Shown here piece by piece: positions 12,621-26,481 of a DNA stretch of 64,000 nucleotides (the first letter of the stretch is position 1; each line of letters opens with the position of its first letter). A model generated the notes under the pieces. It was not told the origin of the DNA, made no database searches, and saw only the letters and a list, made by a program, of their open reading frames with translations. Source of the DNA: Gnetum montanum (Eukaryota; Plantae; Gnetophyta); assembly GCA_015680685.1 (NCBI GenBank), contig MNCI01002765.1, forward strand, positions 1 through 64,000, in the 5' to 3' direction. The position numbers and the translations under genes were made by a program.

Positions 12621-15600
12621 TCATTGAAGGTATAACTAAACCTCCTACTATTGTTGAGGTCTTGGCAAGAGACCAAGAAAAAACCAACAAGGCCTTGGTA
12701 GACTTGGCTTACCATGTGGACCAAGTTTGGAATATGATAGATGAGAAGATGATAATTATCCTCAAGGACATTAAGGGTATGGTGGCTGAATCTATGGCAA
12801 AAATAATTGTATCACTTAAATGTAGAAAAAAGTATAATGGCAAGGGCAAGCTGTAGCTCTCTTACTCCAAGAGCACAAGGAAAGATTCAGATAAGGATTC
12901 CCCATCCTCAAGTGATGAGGATTGTTTTGAGTATTATGTAGATCCTCATGACTCATAGTGTTACCTAGTCATCGTCCACATGATTGATAAAATGGGATAA
13001 GCTAGGATGCATTTGAATCCTAATTTTTTTAAGAGGCCAACAAGGAGGATTCCCTAATTTGGCCAAGTATACTATCTTGAAGGTGTGTATCCATAAACCA
13101 TGCAGCTATATCAATAGTGGAAAACTTGAAATCCTTGGGGTGCTACTCTATGGAATTTTCCAACTCCAATGCAGTAATAGATGATGTTACCTTCCAACCC
13201 ATACTCTCAAGGTGCCCAAGAAGGTACTTATTCATTTCCATAGATGACACTTTAATATTAGCTACCTACATTAATCAATCCTACCTTACAAGCTTCTCAA
13301 TAATAATAACCACAACTTCTACTTTCTAATCCCATGCAAGATGAGATAAGAAAGTTGAATATCTATATAATGTTTTTTCCATGATAAATTAAAGTATACT
13401 TGCTAATAAAAATGTATGCAATGATGAGGAAATAGTAATGATATAACAATTTGATTAGAAAGAGGTACCTACAAACTTCTCTACCATTATATTTTCATAA
13501 GCATGCACTGGGTTTGCATACAATATGTCTTTGAATAGCATTAAGAAAATGAGCATAATCCCAACATTAGTTATAATTTTAAGAACTTGAACATTTATAA
13601 CTGTCATTTATAATGATAATTGATAACTTAAATTCAAAGGCTAAATTTCAAATGCTTTGGGAGGGGCCATATATCATCTAGGTGACTTACCCATCTAATG
13701 CTATGCACATTCACCATCAATCTAGTGCACACAAGCTTATCCTAATAAACATCCAATAGGTCAAACCTTACCATGAATATTTCAACTCTACAAAGGATTC
13801 TAGCCAACCTATATGAATTTCCTCTACCTATTCGCTTTTCTAGTTGACCAGTCCTAATCATAGTTGTGGGGATATCCACTGTGACATGTAGGTACCTTTT
13901 GAATTTTTTACTTTCTTACTACTTTTTTCTACTTTCTTGAAATATTTTCCTATTCTTTTATAATTTTCAATTTCTTGATAATTTCTTAATTCTTTGATAT
14001 TTTCAAAATCTCGTATAATTTTTCATTCTTTTTATATTTTCAATTCTTGATATCTTTTATAAATTTTCATACTTTGTCTTCATCTCACTTGTACATGTTT
14101 TTTGTCAATTATCAATAAAGCACACTGAATAAAGCAAGATGTAGTCCCAATAAGGTGAAGATTTTTCCATATTATCAAATCGTAAGGGACTGATTACCTA
14201 TATTGAGACCATAGCTTCCATCCACGCATTCCAATAACTAGACATTCTTACCATGGCCATAATGACATTCTTCTGATAATAAAACTAAGAATAAACCTGT
14301 GATCATTATGCTTGGATAGAAGAGTGAAGAACAAAGTGGGAATGCAAAGGGTATGACATCAAGAGGATTTTTCGATTTTGTTGGATTGCTAATATGAGTT
14401 TTATCCTATTGCTAAGGATGTATTATATGCTTGTAAATCTAACAAAAAATGGGAGTAAGAGTACAATAAGTGTTTCCTTACCATGTCATTGGAAATACAT
14501 GTTACCCATGCTTGAAGGTAGTCCTCTAGTATGGTTGACATAGTTAAAAAATAATAAAATCCTTGTACAGAATAAATTTCTAAAGATCCCATTGGAAAAA
14601 CATGTTACCCATGCCTAAAGGTAGGTGGCTTATTAGAAATCTCAAAAATAAAGAGTGCAATGAATAAAGTCCTCCCTTGGATAATACGCCAAGTGGTAAT
14701 ACTCTTTGCAATAGTGGTAGTCTTATGGTTGTAAATCCTAGAGATGAAGCAATGTGATGTCACTAGAAATTAATTTGGACTTGGTTTGAATCTTGGAAAG
14801 AAGGGCTAATGATGACCTTAAGCACAAAGCACACATAAGGATTCATTACGCCTATGATAAGATACCTCACGTCCCATATCACCTCATTGTATATTTAATC
14901 ATAACTTGTGGTTTCATATAATATAAGTGTTATTTTTCCAATCTAGTAATATTAACATGTGTGCTTTGCTAGACAAGTATGTCTTACATTCAACTCCTTG
15001 AGTTCCTATGGACACTTTTAGATGTGGTTATATAAGGGCACTGAGGGTTAGAGCCTACTTTGGGGAGGACCCAATTATATAACTCTTGTATTTCATACTT
15101 GACAAGAAATTCCACATCATCTTGTGCCTTTCAAAACAATCCAAACTTAATAAATACTTCCCATAACATCTAATAATTTCTCAATACATCAGAAATTCAG
15201 AACCCATCTCCTATCCATCCAATAAACTTTTGTTGCCTAAGATTCCTTCTTTATGAACTTTGAATGCCAAATTTTTAAACATTGTGCATCATTATTGGTT
15301 CAAGATCATTTAGACAAGCTTCACATCTTCCAAGCATTCCATTTAACTCATTTTTTCCTTGAAAATTCAATGAAAATTTTGAAAATTTTAACAATGACAT
15401 CATAGCTATGACATTGTAGCCCCTACAATGTTGCATCTATGATTTTGAACTAATAAAAATAATATATATACATGTGGGAGTTAGTAAAATTTCTCATTCC
15501 TCTCATATGTAGCAAGAGAAGTTTTTGTAGTTTTTTCTTAGAGCTCTTGTACACTAACTTCCAAAGGCCATAATTTCACCCCCATAGCTTCGATCTTCAA

Positions 15601-16026
15601 AATTTTTGAACCCTGTTAACCTTGGATCACTCAACTTAATCATGGGGGAGGGGGTAATCATTGTGCTAACATTATGAAATTGGAGCTAAAATTTTCCTAA
15701 CACCCAAAAGATACCATAAAGGGTAAGTATAAGAGATAAGAAGAACCTTATAGTTAATCAATAAAACTTAAGCTAGAAAGACTTAGTTAATTTTCCTAAT
15801 GGACCATACCAATCATTTTAAGCCATAATAAGTAAGAAAATGATAACTGTAGAAGGTCATAAGCAAGTAATGATATAATACTTAAGGGGTTTCTTTTTGA
15901 AAATTTTTCTAACTATGCAATAATAATAAGATAAGAACTTGATCTAACCAAGGGTATAAGGAAGGAAAAGGACTATTAAGAATTGATATAAACAATTTAA
16001 TAATTTCAAATCCTTGTTGATTGAAA

Positions 16027-18810
16027 ATGGTACCAAAGAGGCCAATAGCTGAAGGACCTTCCCAACATGGAAGCAAAATACCAAGAGGTCATGGGAGAGG
16101 CCAAGTGGAAGAATAAACTCCTCAAATGAAACACACATAACAAGAGGCTCAATTGTATAGCACCCATCAACAAACCCTTGCTACTAAGCACTCAGCCCAA
16201 GGAGAGGTAGAAGCTCAACCAGTACCTAAACAAGAATAGTGTCTCATGCTATGACTTGAGTGCCTTCAAGTCATACAAAAAAAGTCCATCATGGCCACAG
16301 TCATTATGGAATTAAACTTTGGTACTTTCATGGAGTTTGCTCTAGAAGTAGTGAAGATGCAACTCCAAGCATCCCCTTTATAGCCTGCATTATCCAATAG
16401 TGGTGAATGGTACGTAGGAGAAACATACCAATTCTAGTAGAATAAACAAGTTGATGCTATAGTCAAAATTGAAGGAGCCTTTGTACTTTACTCAATGGAG
16501 GTAATTGCCAAGGCCCTTAACATCTTAAATGAAGGGGAAAATGTGACATAGATCTCAATAAGATTTGATATTAACACTAAAAGGTTGTGGTTTTATAGGG
16601 CATATGGTAAAGAATATAAACTTTATAGCAATCTCATAGCTAAGAAAAAATAATATTTTAAAATTGGCACCTACCACTTGTTTTAAACAAAGAGGTTCAA
16701 TAGGATATCCACATATGTGGCTAGAGGAAGTGCCATTCTGATGGAAAAATTTAATGCTAATATTTCCCATCTATTCTTCCTCAAGATTCAAAGGTGTTTC
16801 AATGAAAATAAGGTAGGGAAGCTAATACTTCAATTCCCTTGCCTCACCAAGAACTTGTGTAAGTAAGCCGAAATCCTAAGGTACATCAATGATGTCCCTA
16901 GGAAAGCCTAGAATGCTTCTTTTGCAAAAATGTTCAAGTTGATGCCACCAAAGAAGGACCAAGTAGGAAAATTAATAGGAACTAAGGGAGCTACAAGTAC
17001 CACCCTTACTAGTAGCATTCTAGCTACTGGTCAACAAGAACAAGCATGACCTAGTAGCCAACCACGACAACAATAGCAAAAACAAGTTCCACCATTGTTG
17101 CAAGACTACAAATCATCCATGATCCATCTACAGAAAATTGTAGAAATAATAAGTTGGGGAACAAGAGAAAGGGCTAATTTGTATAAAATAAGAGAGAGCT
17201 CAACAAGGCCTAAAATATCCATAGATCTAGCTAGTGGGCAAGTAACACTCCAAGTAGGAGAAGAGGATGATCAGACACAATAGATATTCAGAGATGCTAC
17301 ATCATTCTAACTGATGCTTGAAATCGGTGAAGGTGACAATATTGTGATCATGCAACACCAAGATGCAAAAGGATCCACAGAGATCATCACTAATCACATC
17401 AAGACATCCTTCAACATTCCTATTGTGCCACTAGTTGATATCACTGGAGCACGAGATACTTAAATGCTTGCTAGAACCTCAATGACTCTTGTGGAGTACA
17501 AAGATATTCTGGAAAGATTTTTTCATATAGGTCAAGTGATGTAAAATATTTTTGATATCGCTAGTGATATCACTATAGTCTAGTATAAGTTGATAGCCAC
17601 AAAAGAAAAGTTGGTCATGGCTAAAACCAAGGCCAAGGATGTAAAGAATGAGGTACAATGATTGCAAGAGGAGTTAGCCACCCTTAGAGCTAAAAGAAGA
17701 GACCCAATGCAATTCATAGTGCTAGACCAATTGGATCAACTTATAATAGACCATGTGAGGTGATGGATTAACCATAACATAATAATGGAGAAAGAGAAGG
17801 AGAATGTAGTGTGGGATGCATTTCTTGCTAAAGCACAAACATATGCACATGCTAAAGCTCTCACATCCTTACAAGAAGAAAATAAATAATTAGCTACTGA
17901 TAATGCTTGGTTGACAAACATCAAAAAGTAGAAGAATGTTCTCAAGGAGAGCATCCAACAAATCTAAGAAAAATTGGTCTATGTAAACCAAGATATGAGT
18001 CTCTTGGCCTAAGAAAATAGAACCCTATCAATGGAAGAGATCTAGACCATTTGCTAAAGGTTTGTAATTGAAATAAGTGCATGGAAAAATGAGGCCAAAA
18101 AGCATGAGTGACTTAAAGAGCATTTTAGATATTAGGTGGGCATGTATAAAAAAATCAATGGAAAATAAATTTAGATGGAAAAGGTCATAATCAGTTCCAT
18201 CTTTGCAAAAAACCTATATTGGTAGCCAATTCTAGATAGCTTTGCTCCTATCTACCAAGACAAGGTGAAGAATAAAGACCTACAAATAGAGGATCTAATA
18301 GAATACATAGCATTATCAAACCTTCATTATGCTAATTTGGCCATGTTAATAGCAAGTAGATCTTAGAATGAGTTAGAGCAACAAGTAGCAACAGTCTACA
18401 CAATGTATGAAAAGAAGTTTGCTAATAGAAAGGATGCATTATAGAAACTACATGTAGCAAACTCTAAACTAGAAATCATCAAATCCAACTACTAGGGCCA
18501 AAAGGATGTAGTAGTGAACCTAGTACATCAAATTTCATATTACCAAGAGCTAAGAAAGATGTCCAAAGCTTTTGAAGAAGAGAAGCATAGTTTGCAACTT
18601 AGCATGTAAAGGCCAACAAAATGTGTCCATAGCTACCATGCCCATGGGATGTACCTGCTCCATCTAACATTACTTAATAAGAATGGATGATACATGACCC
18701 AAGGACAAAGGAAGAAAAGATTTAGGAACTCCTTAATAGATATCAATACAAAAATCCTAATGACAAAGGGATGTAGCTAATGGAAGAGCCTCCACTGCTA
18801 GGAACATGAG
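16027..18810 (+). pseudogene. Degenerate extra (env-like position) ORF: MVPKR start, globular domain, long coiled coil, PCPWDVP C-terminal motif
   Basis: Purine-rich coding-like tract with broken frames, directly before the PPT; homologous to 200-1140. Confidence 0.6.
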
Positions 18811-19018
18811 CTACATCAATCTACTTCAAGGTTTGTTTTATTTCCTTTTATTTCATCTTTTCATATAATTGTGTCATTTTTTAAACACCACTATGGAATT
18901 CTAAGTCATGTAAATAGTTAGTAAATCATGTATAGTTAAGTCTGCCTCCAAATTTTGAAAGGGACTCCATGTTCATTTTTTTAACTCAAGGATGAGTTTC
19001 GAATTAGTCATGGGGGTA

Positions 19019-19620
19019 TGATAAAGTTAATTTCTATTGTGATGTCATACAGTAGCAACAATGTTATATTACATGCTACATCATCATTCATGTGATGCCT
19101 TGGGATGCATGTAGTCCTTTAAATACTAGCACTTAGGTGCACTATCCATAGTTTTTCATTCCACCCTTAGTGAGATACTTGTAGTTTGTTTTCATAGCCT
19201 TAGTGATAGAGTGAATGCCTACAATATGATATTTACCAATTTTCTGATGTCTTTATTCAAGTGGATTGTACTTGAACATAGTTCATGATGGCAATAAAGA
19301 TTGAGATTGCTTTTCATCATTGTAGCATTCCCTTAGTTTCATTTTTTACTTAGCATAATCTTTACTATTTTCCTAGTTAATCATTTACATTCCAATCACT
19401 TTATTTTACATGTCATTAGTAAGCAATATGGATACAATTAGTTTTGAGTGCTATGTGTAGTTATCTAGTAACCCAGTAGTGGCGTTACTTGGTTTGCCTA
19501 GTAGTAATTCCACTTGGTAATCCCAACGATAACTACACAAGTCCAAAGTGTGAATGGTAGAGCAAAACCAAATGTCCATTACATTAGGCTAAGATAGGTT
19601 TATGTTTTCTTAGTTAAGTA
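19019..19620 (+). repeat. Partial 3' LTR (Athila-like)
   Basis: Starts TGAT after the PPT. Has TTTAAATA, AATAAA at about 19293, and the structured motifs shared with the other LTRs. Confidence 0.75.
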
Positions 19621-20599
19621 GNGTGAAATATATCATGTATTTGTTATATATTACTAGATAACATGTTTGTTACACTCTTCTGTTAGATTAAACAATGTTT
19701 TCGATGTCTTAACACGTTATTGCAAGACTACGTGTTGTATATTGTTGCCTATTTGAATATGGTGTATTTTAATTACATTTTGGATAATGATTCCTATATT
19801 TCTCCATCAAATTTTATATTTGTAATTTGAGAAAATGGGAAACAATGAAATAACCCTCCACATACATCACTATAACTATNCATTGAAGTTTTGAAAAGGA
19901 ACTACAACCAGCATTGTGGTGCACTGTGAAAACCTTGTTTATGTAAATGTTAACACTATAAAGATATATGTCTCACATGCACTCATAGAACTACTACAGT
20001 GAGTAGTAATGTCTCATAGTATTTTTATGTGATTTAAGAGTGATTCGCATGGAATTCAAAAACTAAAGACTTTGCTAGACTATGAAATGCATGTTCACGC
20101 ATGCTTTTAACAAAATAGTGTGAGTTCATGCTACTCACATGTGCTTACAGTTTTTTGGAATTAAAACTAAATTTGAAAATCTTACATATACATCTATTGT
20201 GAATCAATTCTCAAAAGATATGAAGTCAAAGATAAACAATTATGATAGTTATAGTGATTTATGTGGAAGGCATTTTCAAAAGTATTGTTGTTTGATAGTT
20301 ATAGTGATGTATGTGGAGGGTTATTTCATTGTTTCCCATTTTCTCAAATTACAAATATAAAATTTGATGGAGAAATATAGGAATCATTATCCAAAATGTA
20401 ATTAAAATACACCATATTCAAATAGGCAACAATATACAACACGTAGTCTTGCAATAACGTGTTAAGACATCGAAAACATTGTTTAATCTAACAGAAGAGT
20501 GTAACAAACATGTTATCTAGTAATCTATAACAAATACATGATATATTTCAATCATAATTTCCTATCCAAGGATGTTAAACAAAAAATACATTCACAAGA

Positions 20600-23500
20600 A
20601 TATCATCAAATGAGCTACTAGTTTAGGGTAGATATGTGATCAAAGGATTGTCCATGTTTCTCTTGGCCTTCTTCACTCCAATCTGTAAGCAAAAGGAAAC
20701 AAATTCAAAAAATAGAACACAATGTACATTATTTTAATAACCATAGATAACCAATGAAATACTATCCTTACCTTCTTTTAAAAAATTTCTTGCATAGTTA
20801 TGGTTTGAGAGCTTTTGTGTAGTAGGTTTGGAAGGACTATTCTAGCCAGACAATCTTTTTTCGCTCACTAATCCATCTACATTACTTGAAAATAAAAACT
20901 TCAATTCCAACAATTCCACATGTTTTTTATTTCTAAAATACTTTCCTTATTTGTAGGTAATGTCTTTTCCAATCTTGTTAATGTCTTTTTGAGCTTAGGA
21001 ATTTTAGTTTTCTACTGTGCCTCGATATTATCTTTGTCCAGCTCAATTTGGTAATTTGTATTATCCATCATGTCCACCTCATTAGTTACATATCTTCGGC
21101 TAGTTGATCCTAATGTCTCTAGTATCATTCTAAGTTCTAAAGCATCTTCTTGGCTAGGGAACTGATGTGGTTGGAATGAATTTAGTTTCATAGGCACATG
21201 CGAATCGTAAAACTCATCTTGGAAGAAGAACTTGAATGCATTAGTAAGAACCTTTACCTTAATAAGAACTTTCATTGAGTACTTGCAAAAATTGCCAAGG
21301 CAAGACCATTTATACTCACAATATATACTAAAAGAAAATACCTTTAAAACCATGTACCAAGTATTTGGCCTCAAACTATTTTGACTTCACATAGCATATT
21401 CATCTTCCTTTTCCATGACTTAGAAATAGTCAACATCAGATATTTGTAAAGTATTTTCCCATGACTTCTTATTGAAATCTCTATCTTTCTTATATACAAA
21501 ATATCATGTATCTTTAATTCTTGAATTGTTCCAACAATATAGTTATACCTTTTTCAAGCTTTATATAAGCCAATCGATTCATCGTTATTTCCTATTTCTT
21601 ATATCTCTTACAAATTTCCCTCTCAGAAATCCATGGTATGACTCAACACCATTATTTGTGTGTTTCTATGCATGGGGAACATCATGAAATGCTTTAGCAC
21701 ACATTCCTATAATCATATGATTAAAGACAAAAACTAGTAATAAACAAATGGGCAACAAGTTCATGACTATGAATATGAACTTTTATGTAATGATAATAAG
21801 GAATAGAAGCTCACTAAATTTGTCTCCATTTAACCATTACTATTTTAAGTATTTAATGAAATTTGAGTTCTCTTGAAACTTATTAAAAAATATTTTTATT
21901 TCCACAACAACATCTACAATAGTTTTGCATTCATTCATAATATGATTAAGATGATCATCCATTGCTTTTCTCTGATTGGAATCTCTAACTTTGGTTACCA
22001 AGTTCTTCCTCCATGCCCTTGAACCATGCCAAACACATAGAAAAATATTTCTTCCAAAAATAAACCTAATAAATTATTAAATTTTAGCACATGTTAAGAT
22101 ATCTCAAACTAAGGTAGCATGATTTCTAATACATTTTTGAATGCCTTTAAAGTTACCTCACTACATTCATTTTTATCTTTGAGTCATCTAGAATGAAAGA
22201 ATTCACTATCCAATTAGGCTCCTTAGCCTTGCCTCTTCAAAGCAACTCCAAAAGCCAACCTCTGATATCAGTTTTAGTGCACCGTGAGGATAGCATCCAT
22301 GCAACAACTAGAAGTCCATTCTAGTATGAATCAAAAGCCATCAACGTATGAAGATGGAACTAGAAAGATAACCGCACACTTTTAATAAGATAATGTCTTA
22401 TTTTATTATAACACCAATAATTTTTAAAATGAAATAATATAATGCATTATTTAAATTACACCATATTTGTTAGTATTGAAAGTGGAATCCATTGCAAGGA
22501 TACTACATTGAGATAGTGCTATCATTGTTTTTAGCATCCAAGGTGATTGCAACTCAATGCTCAATGAGATACCTTATCCTTGGTTCTCTTTCTGGTAGTA
22601 AAAGTAAAAATCACTTGTTGTTTGGTACCATAGTCAAGTACTGATTTTATCATGCTCACTTTTCTTATAATTAGGGATAACATTTTTGCAAATGTTGTAA
22701 ATGTATTTTTTAATAAGAAAAACATTTCTCTTTTTTGATAGCCCAAACTCATCTCCTCCTTTAAAAGGATCTTTAATAGACCTCTCATAGATGAGATCTA
22801 TTGGTAATCCTTCCTTTTATAAACACAATATCTTCTAACACACCTCACTAGAAATATGTATGGATTGTAAGTTTCTTTTATCTATCATGGGACCTAGTAA
22901 GCCATCATAATAAGCTCCTGATGTGTCAACATGATTCATTTCTTTATATATAATGCATGCAACATGATCTTCTCCTCACATATAGAAAACTATGAAATGA
23001 CATTGACAACTAGTATTTCTTCCTTTCTTATTTCTTTTTCTACCTTTCCTAGGTGCTATCCTTGTAGTAACATTTGGTCCATACTTGCAATGATAACTGA
23101 TACAAAAAACATATTCAAACAAGGGTCGTAGTATTCTAAATTGTGAATATTTCTATTATAAAAAATTAATAGATAAATACAAAATAGTTCTAAATAACTT
23201 ATAATATCTAGCTTGTGTAATGGTTTGCTCGTGAGCAAGTCTTCTTTCTCCATTTTTGTTGGTTTTTAGCTTTATAGAAAAATTAACAAGGAAATATGTC
23301 ATTCTTTTGTTCCCCTTAATAAAATCTTCCACTCTTTATTTATATATCTAAGTAAATGCATCATCATAGAAGTAAGACCATCGAATATCATCTTTTGAAA
23401 AATTTCTTTTTGGTAGATTTTGTATTTCTTGTTGCCATGCTATTTTCTAGAAACCTGCATGCTCTCGTCTTCCTTGCATTCTTCAAAGATTTTACACACT

Positions 23501-23760
23501 ACGTATCCAACATATCTATATTTGAGATAGCATATTCAACACTTGGGTAATATAATATGTCTACAATGAGATCAAGTAGTGTACCTTATTAGTAAATGCT
23601 ATCCTAAAAGTCTTACACATCCTACAATCCATTTTGTAGAGGTGCATCTTCAAGGCCTTTACATTCTTAATGAAATCTCTTCAACAAGATTAGCCTTGAA
23701 TGACAATGTGATTTCTCCAGAAATGCTCTTCACTTCTTTGTTATGCTCTGTGTCCTACTA
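20600..23760 (-). pseudogene. Mutator-like (MULE) transposase pseudogene with SWIM finger; intron-containing
   Basis: Minus-strand reads: CQCHFI (about 23000), AMDSTFNTNKYG (about 22460-22495), FLCVWHGSRAWRKNL (about 22000-22045), and decayed SWIM YCEYKWSCLGNFCKY in ORF 21012-21374. Boundaries approximate. Confidence 0.8.
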
Positions 23761-23919
23761 GTTGCTAAAGAAATGCTAAAATTGAGGTAGTAAAGTGTTT
23801 GTAGTGGTTTTATTTTTTACCTCATACAGCACAATTTGAACTTATGAGTGTTGCACATATTAGCACTTACTATGAGCCATACATATTGCTGTGAATTGCA
23901 GTTTATCAAAAGTTGTGAG

Positions 23920-25481
23920 GGACTACAAGTAGCACTATCACATAATCTGGAGAGTGTGAGCCAATTTGAATAGCAGTCTCACATAATTCAAACCAAAAGA
24001 TAGTTAGACCTTCTGGAAGGCTAAAAATGCTTGAAAGGTTTTCCCACCAAAAGACATGATACCTTTTAGAAGTCTTCAACACATGGACTATGACATGCTA
24101 TGAGTGACACTATCTTGCAATCTCCTAAGGTAATGATTGTTATGAAAAAAATCTCCTAAGGTATAAAAGCCAAGATAAAAATTAACACCCAAGGCATAAT
24201 AATCTCTCAGGATACCATCACCTCTAGTGTAACTTAGTATTTAATTGGAAAACTTATGAATGATCATTAGATGATAGTTAAGTATGATAACTTGGAAACC
24301 TAACTATGACATTAGGAATCATAAAATTTTTCATGTTTAATGTTTGATAGAATATGTGGTTTTCTTTTATGATTTAATGTTAGATCTTCATTTAAACAGT
24401 ATGTTACATTGGGTTTGAATACTTATCTTACTGTAACTCAAACCATAATGTTATGTATTATGAAACTTGATTATCAAGTTTGTGAATAATGTAAGTTTAA
24501 TCCTTTAAGTTGTAGAACAAGCTTATGTTTTCTCATACTCTATTATATTCCATGGGAAAAAACATTAAGTTATTTTACTAAGGTATAATATAAAAGTTAA
24601 AACTCTAGTCTACTAGAAGGCACAAAACCTTCTAAAAGCTCGGTTCAAGTGAAGTGCGATAGGCTACAAGTAGCACTATCTCATAGTTTCATCTAGAAAT
24701 CATAATGATCATCAAGTAGATGAAAAATGTTTGTAATTTTGGCCTACATGAAGGCACAAAACCTTCTAGAAGCACAGTTGATAAAGAGTGCCATTGACTA
24801 CGAGTAGCATTGTCTTGCAGCTTCACCAAAACTCACAATAACAATCTGGTTGATTAAAAATGGTTGAAACTTTGGGCTACCAAAAGGAACAAAACCTTCT
24901 AAAAGCTCAATTTAGGCGCAGTGCAAGTGATTGCAGGTAGCACTATCTCACAATGTCATCCAAAAGTCATAATAACTAATAGGTAGATGGAAAATGGTTG
25001 TAATTTTGGCCTACTGAAAGGCACGAAACCTACAAGAATTCTGGTTCAGTTGGCATGCAAAAGGTTCCAAGTAGCATGGCTTTGCAGTTGCATCCAAAAG
25101 TCATAATAACCATCTGATAGATGAAATATGGTTGTAATTTTGGCCTATTTAAAGGCACAAAACCTACCAAAAGCCTAATTTAGGTGAAGTGCGAGAGGCT
25201 GTGAGTAGCACAACCTCATAGTTTAAATTGGAAGACATAATGACCAACTGGAAGATGAAAACTTGTTGTAATTTTAGCCTACTAAAAGGTGCAAAATCTT
25301 CTAGTAGCATATTTCAAGTGGAGTGCAAGTAACACTACCTCACAGTTTCAACCAAAAGTCACAATGACCATCTAGTAGATGAAAAATGGTTGAAATTTTG
25401 ACCTATTGGAAGGCATGAGACCTTCCAGAAGCTTAGTTCAAGTAGAGTGCAAGTGGCTAGAAGTAGCATTATCTTGTAGTC
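23920..25481. repeat. ~124-134 bp satellite-like tandem array, left part
   Basis: GAAAAATGGTTGTAATTTTGGCCTAC..AAGGCACAAAACC recurs at about 24722, 24857, 24990, 25122, 25256 and 25381, with more degenerate units to the left. Confidence 0.85.
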
Positions 25482-26481
25482 TATTATATCCCATCCAAAT
25501 ACATTAGGTATGGCCATATGCTTACGATTTATACATTACATGTGGAGTCCCAGTGGGTTGTCAAGGTTGAGTTAATTTAATATAAATGTATTTTCTATGT
25601 TATGAGGCTTTGTCTTTATGTTCCAGTTATGATGCCTTAGCATGCTTAACTAACGTGATTATGTACACTAGCCCTATTTGATGTGTTAGACAGGTGAGGT
25701 TGCTAGTAGGGGTGTTGGATTAGGGTACAAGAGCACCTATCTACTATTTCATTATGCTTTATGTGTGATTTCAGTATTTATGCATTTAAACTATAGCACT
25801 GTGTTGCATGATGTTTAGGTGTGATTTTGGCATGTGAATGTGTAGAGCATTTGATAAGGATTTCGTAGGTTCAAATGGATTTTAATTTGGAGTCCCAATG
25901 TGCTTGTTATGCACATTGGAAATGTAGGATATTAGTTGGGAAAGAAACGAAAGAAATAAACTTATGAAAAAAAAGAGTAGAAGTAAAAAGTAAAAATAAA
26001 AATAAAATGTTGCATGTGATGTGAAAAAAGGAAGCTACTTGTGTATATATTTCTTTTAACAAAACATATATGCTAAGAGAATACAATGAAAAAAAACATA
26101 GTTTATAATGTTTTTTTTTTTTACCAACGCTCTTTTTCTACCACCACCCATAAAAATTGGATTTTGTTCATTTCTTTCTATCTCTCAAAATAGAAAGTGA
26201 TATCACATTTATTCTCTTTCAATTTTCTTCTAATTCTCCTTTTTTTTCTAGAATTTTAAGCTTTGTAAATGATTTTTAATTGCTCTAAACCTTGATTTTG
26301 AATTGCTACAGTTACATCTACATGGGTGCAAAACTTATTTGGAGTGAAATGGAGTCCTACCGGATTTTTAAGGGTTTTTTCCTTATTTTGGCCTTTCTAC
26401 CCCAAAAATTTTAATTGGTGGGTTATCTTTACCTTTTTCTTATATTTTTGTGCTAGATTGGTATTTTAATTGGTGGGTTAT

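Larger units (their letters stand above)
11309..19620 (+). mobile_element. Old Athila-like element lacking pol (gag, non-coding spacer, extra ORF, PPT, partial 3' LTR)
   Basis: Decayed Athila-type PBS TTAGTGTCATTGCTAGGAA after ..CTATCA. Gag remnants resemble those at 53950-54600. PPT TTAGTCATGGGGGTA, then LTR start TGATAAAG at 19019. Ends at the assembly N at 19622. Confidence 0.75.

Noticed and set aside
19623-20550. Near-perfect 256-bp inverted repeat (19623-19879 versus 20295-20550) resembling a MITE or hairpin RNA
   Set aside because: The left arm is bounded exactly by Ns at 19622 and 19880 and is almost identical to the right arm inside otherwise decayed DNA. Most likely a scaffolding or gap-fill artefact.
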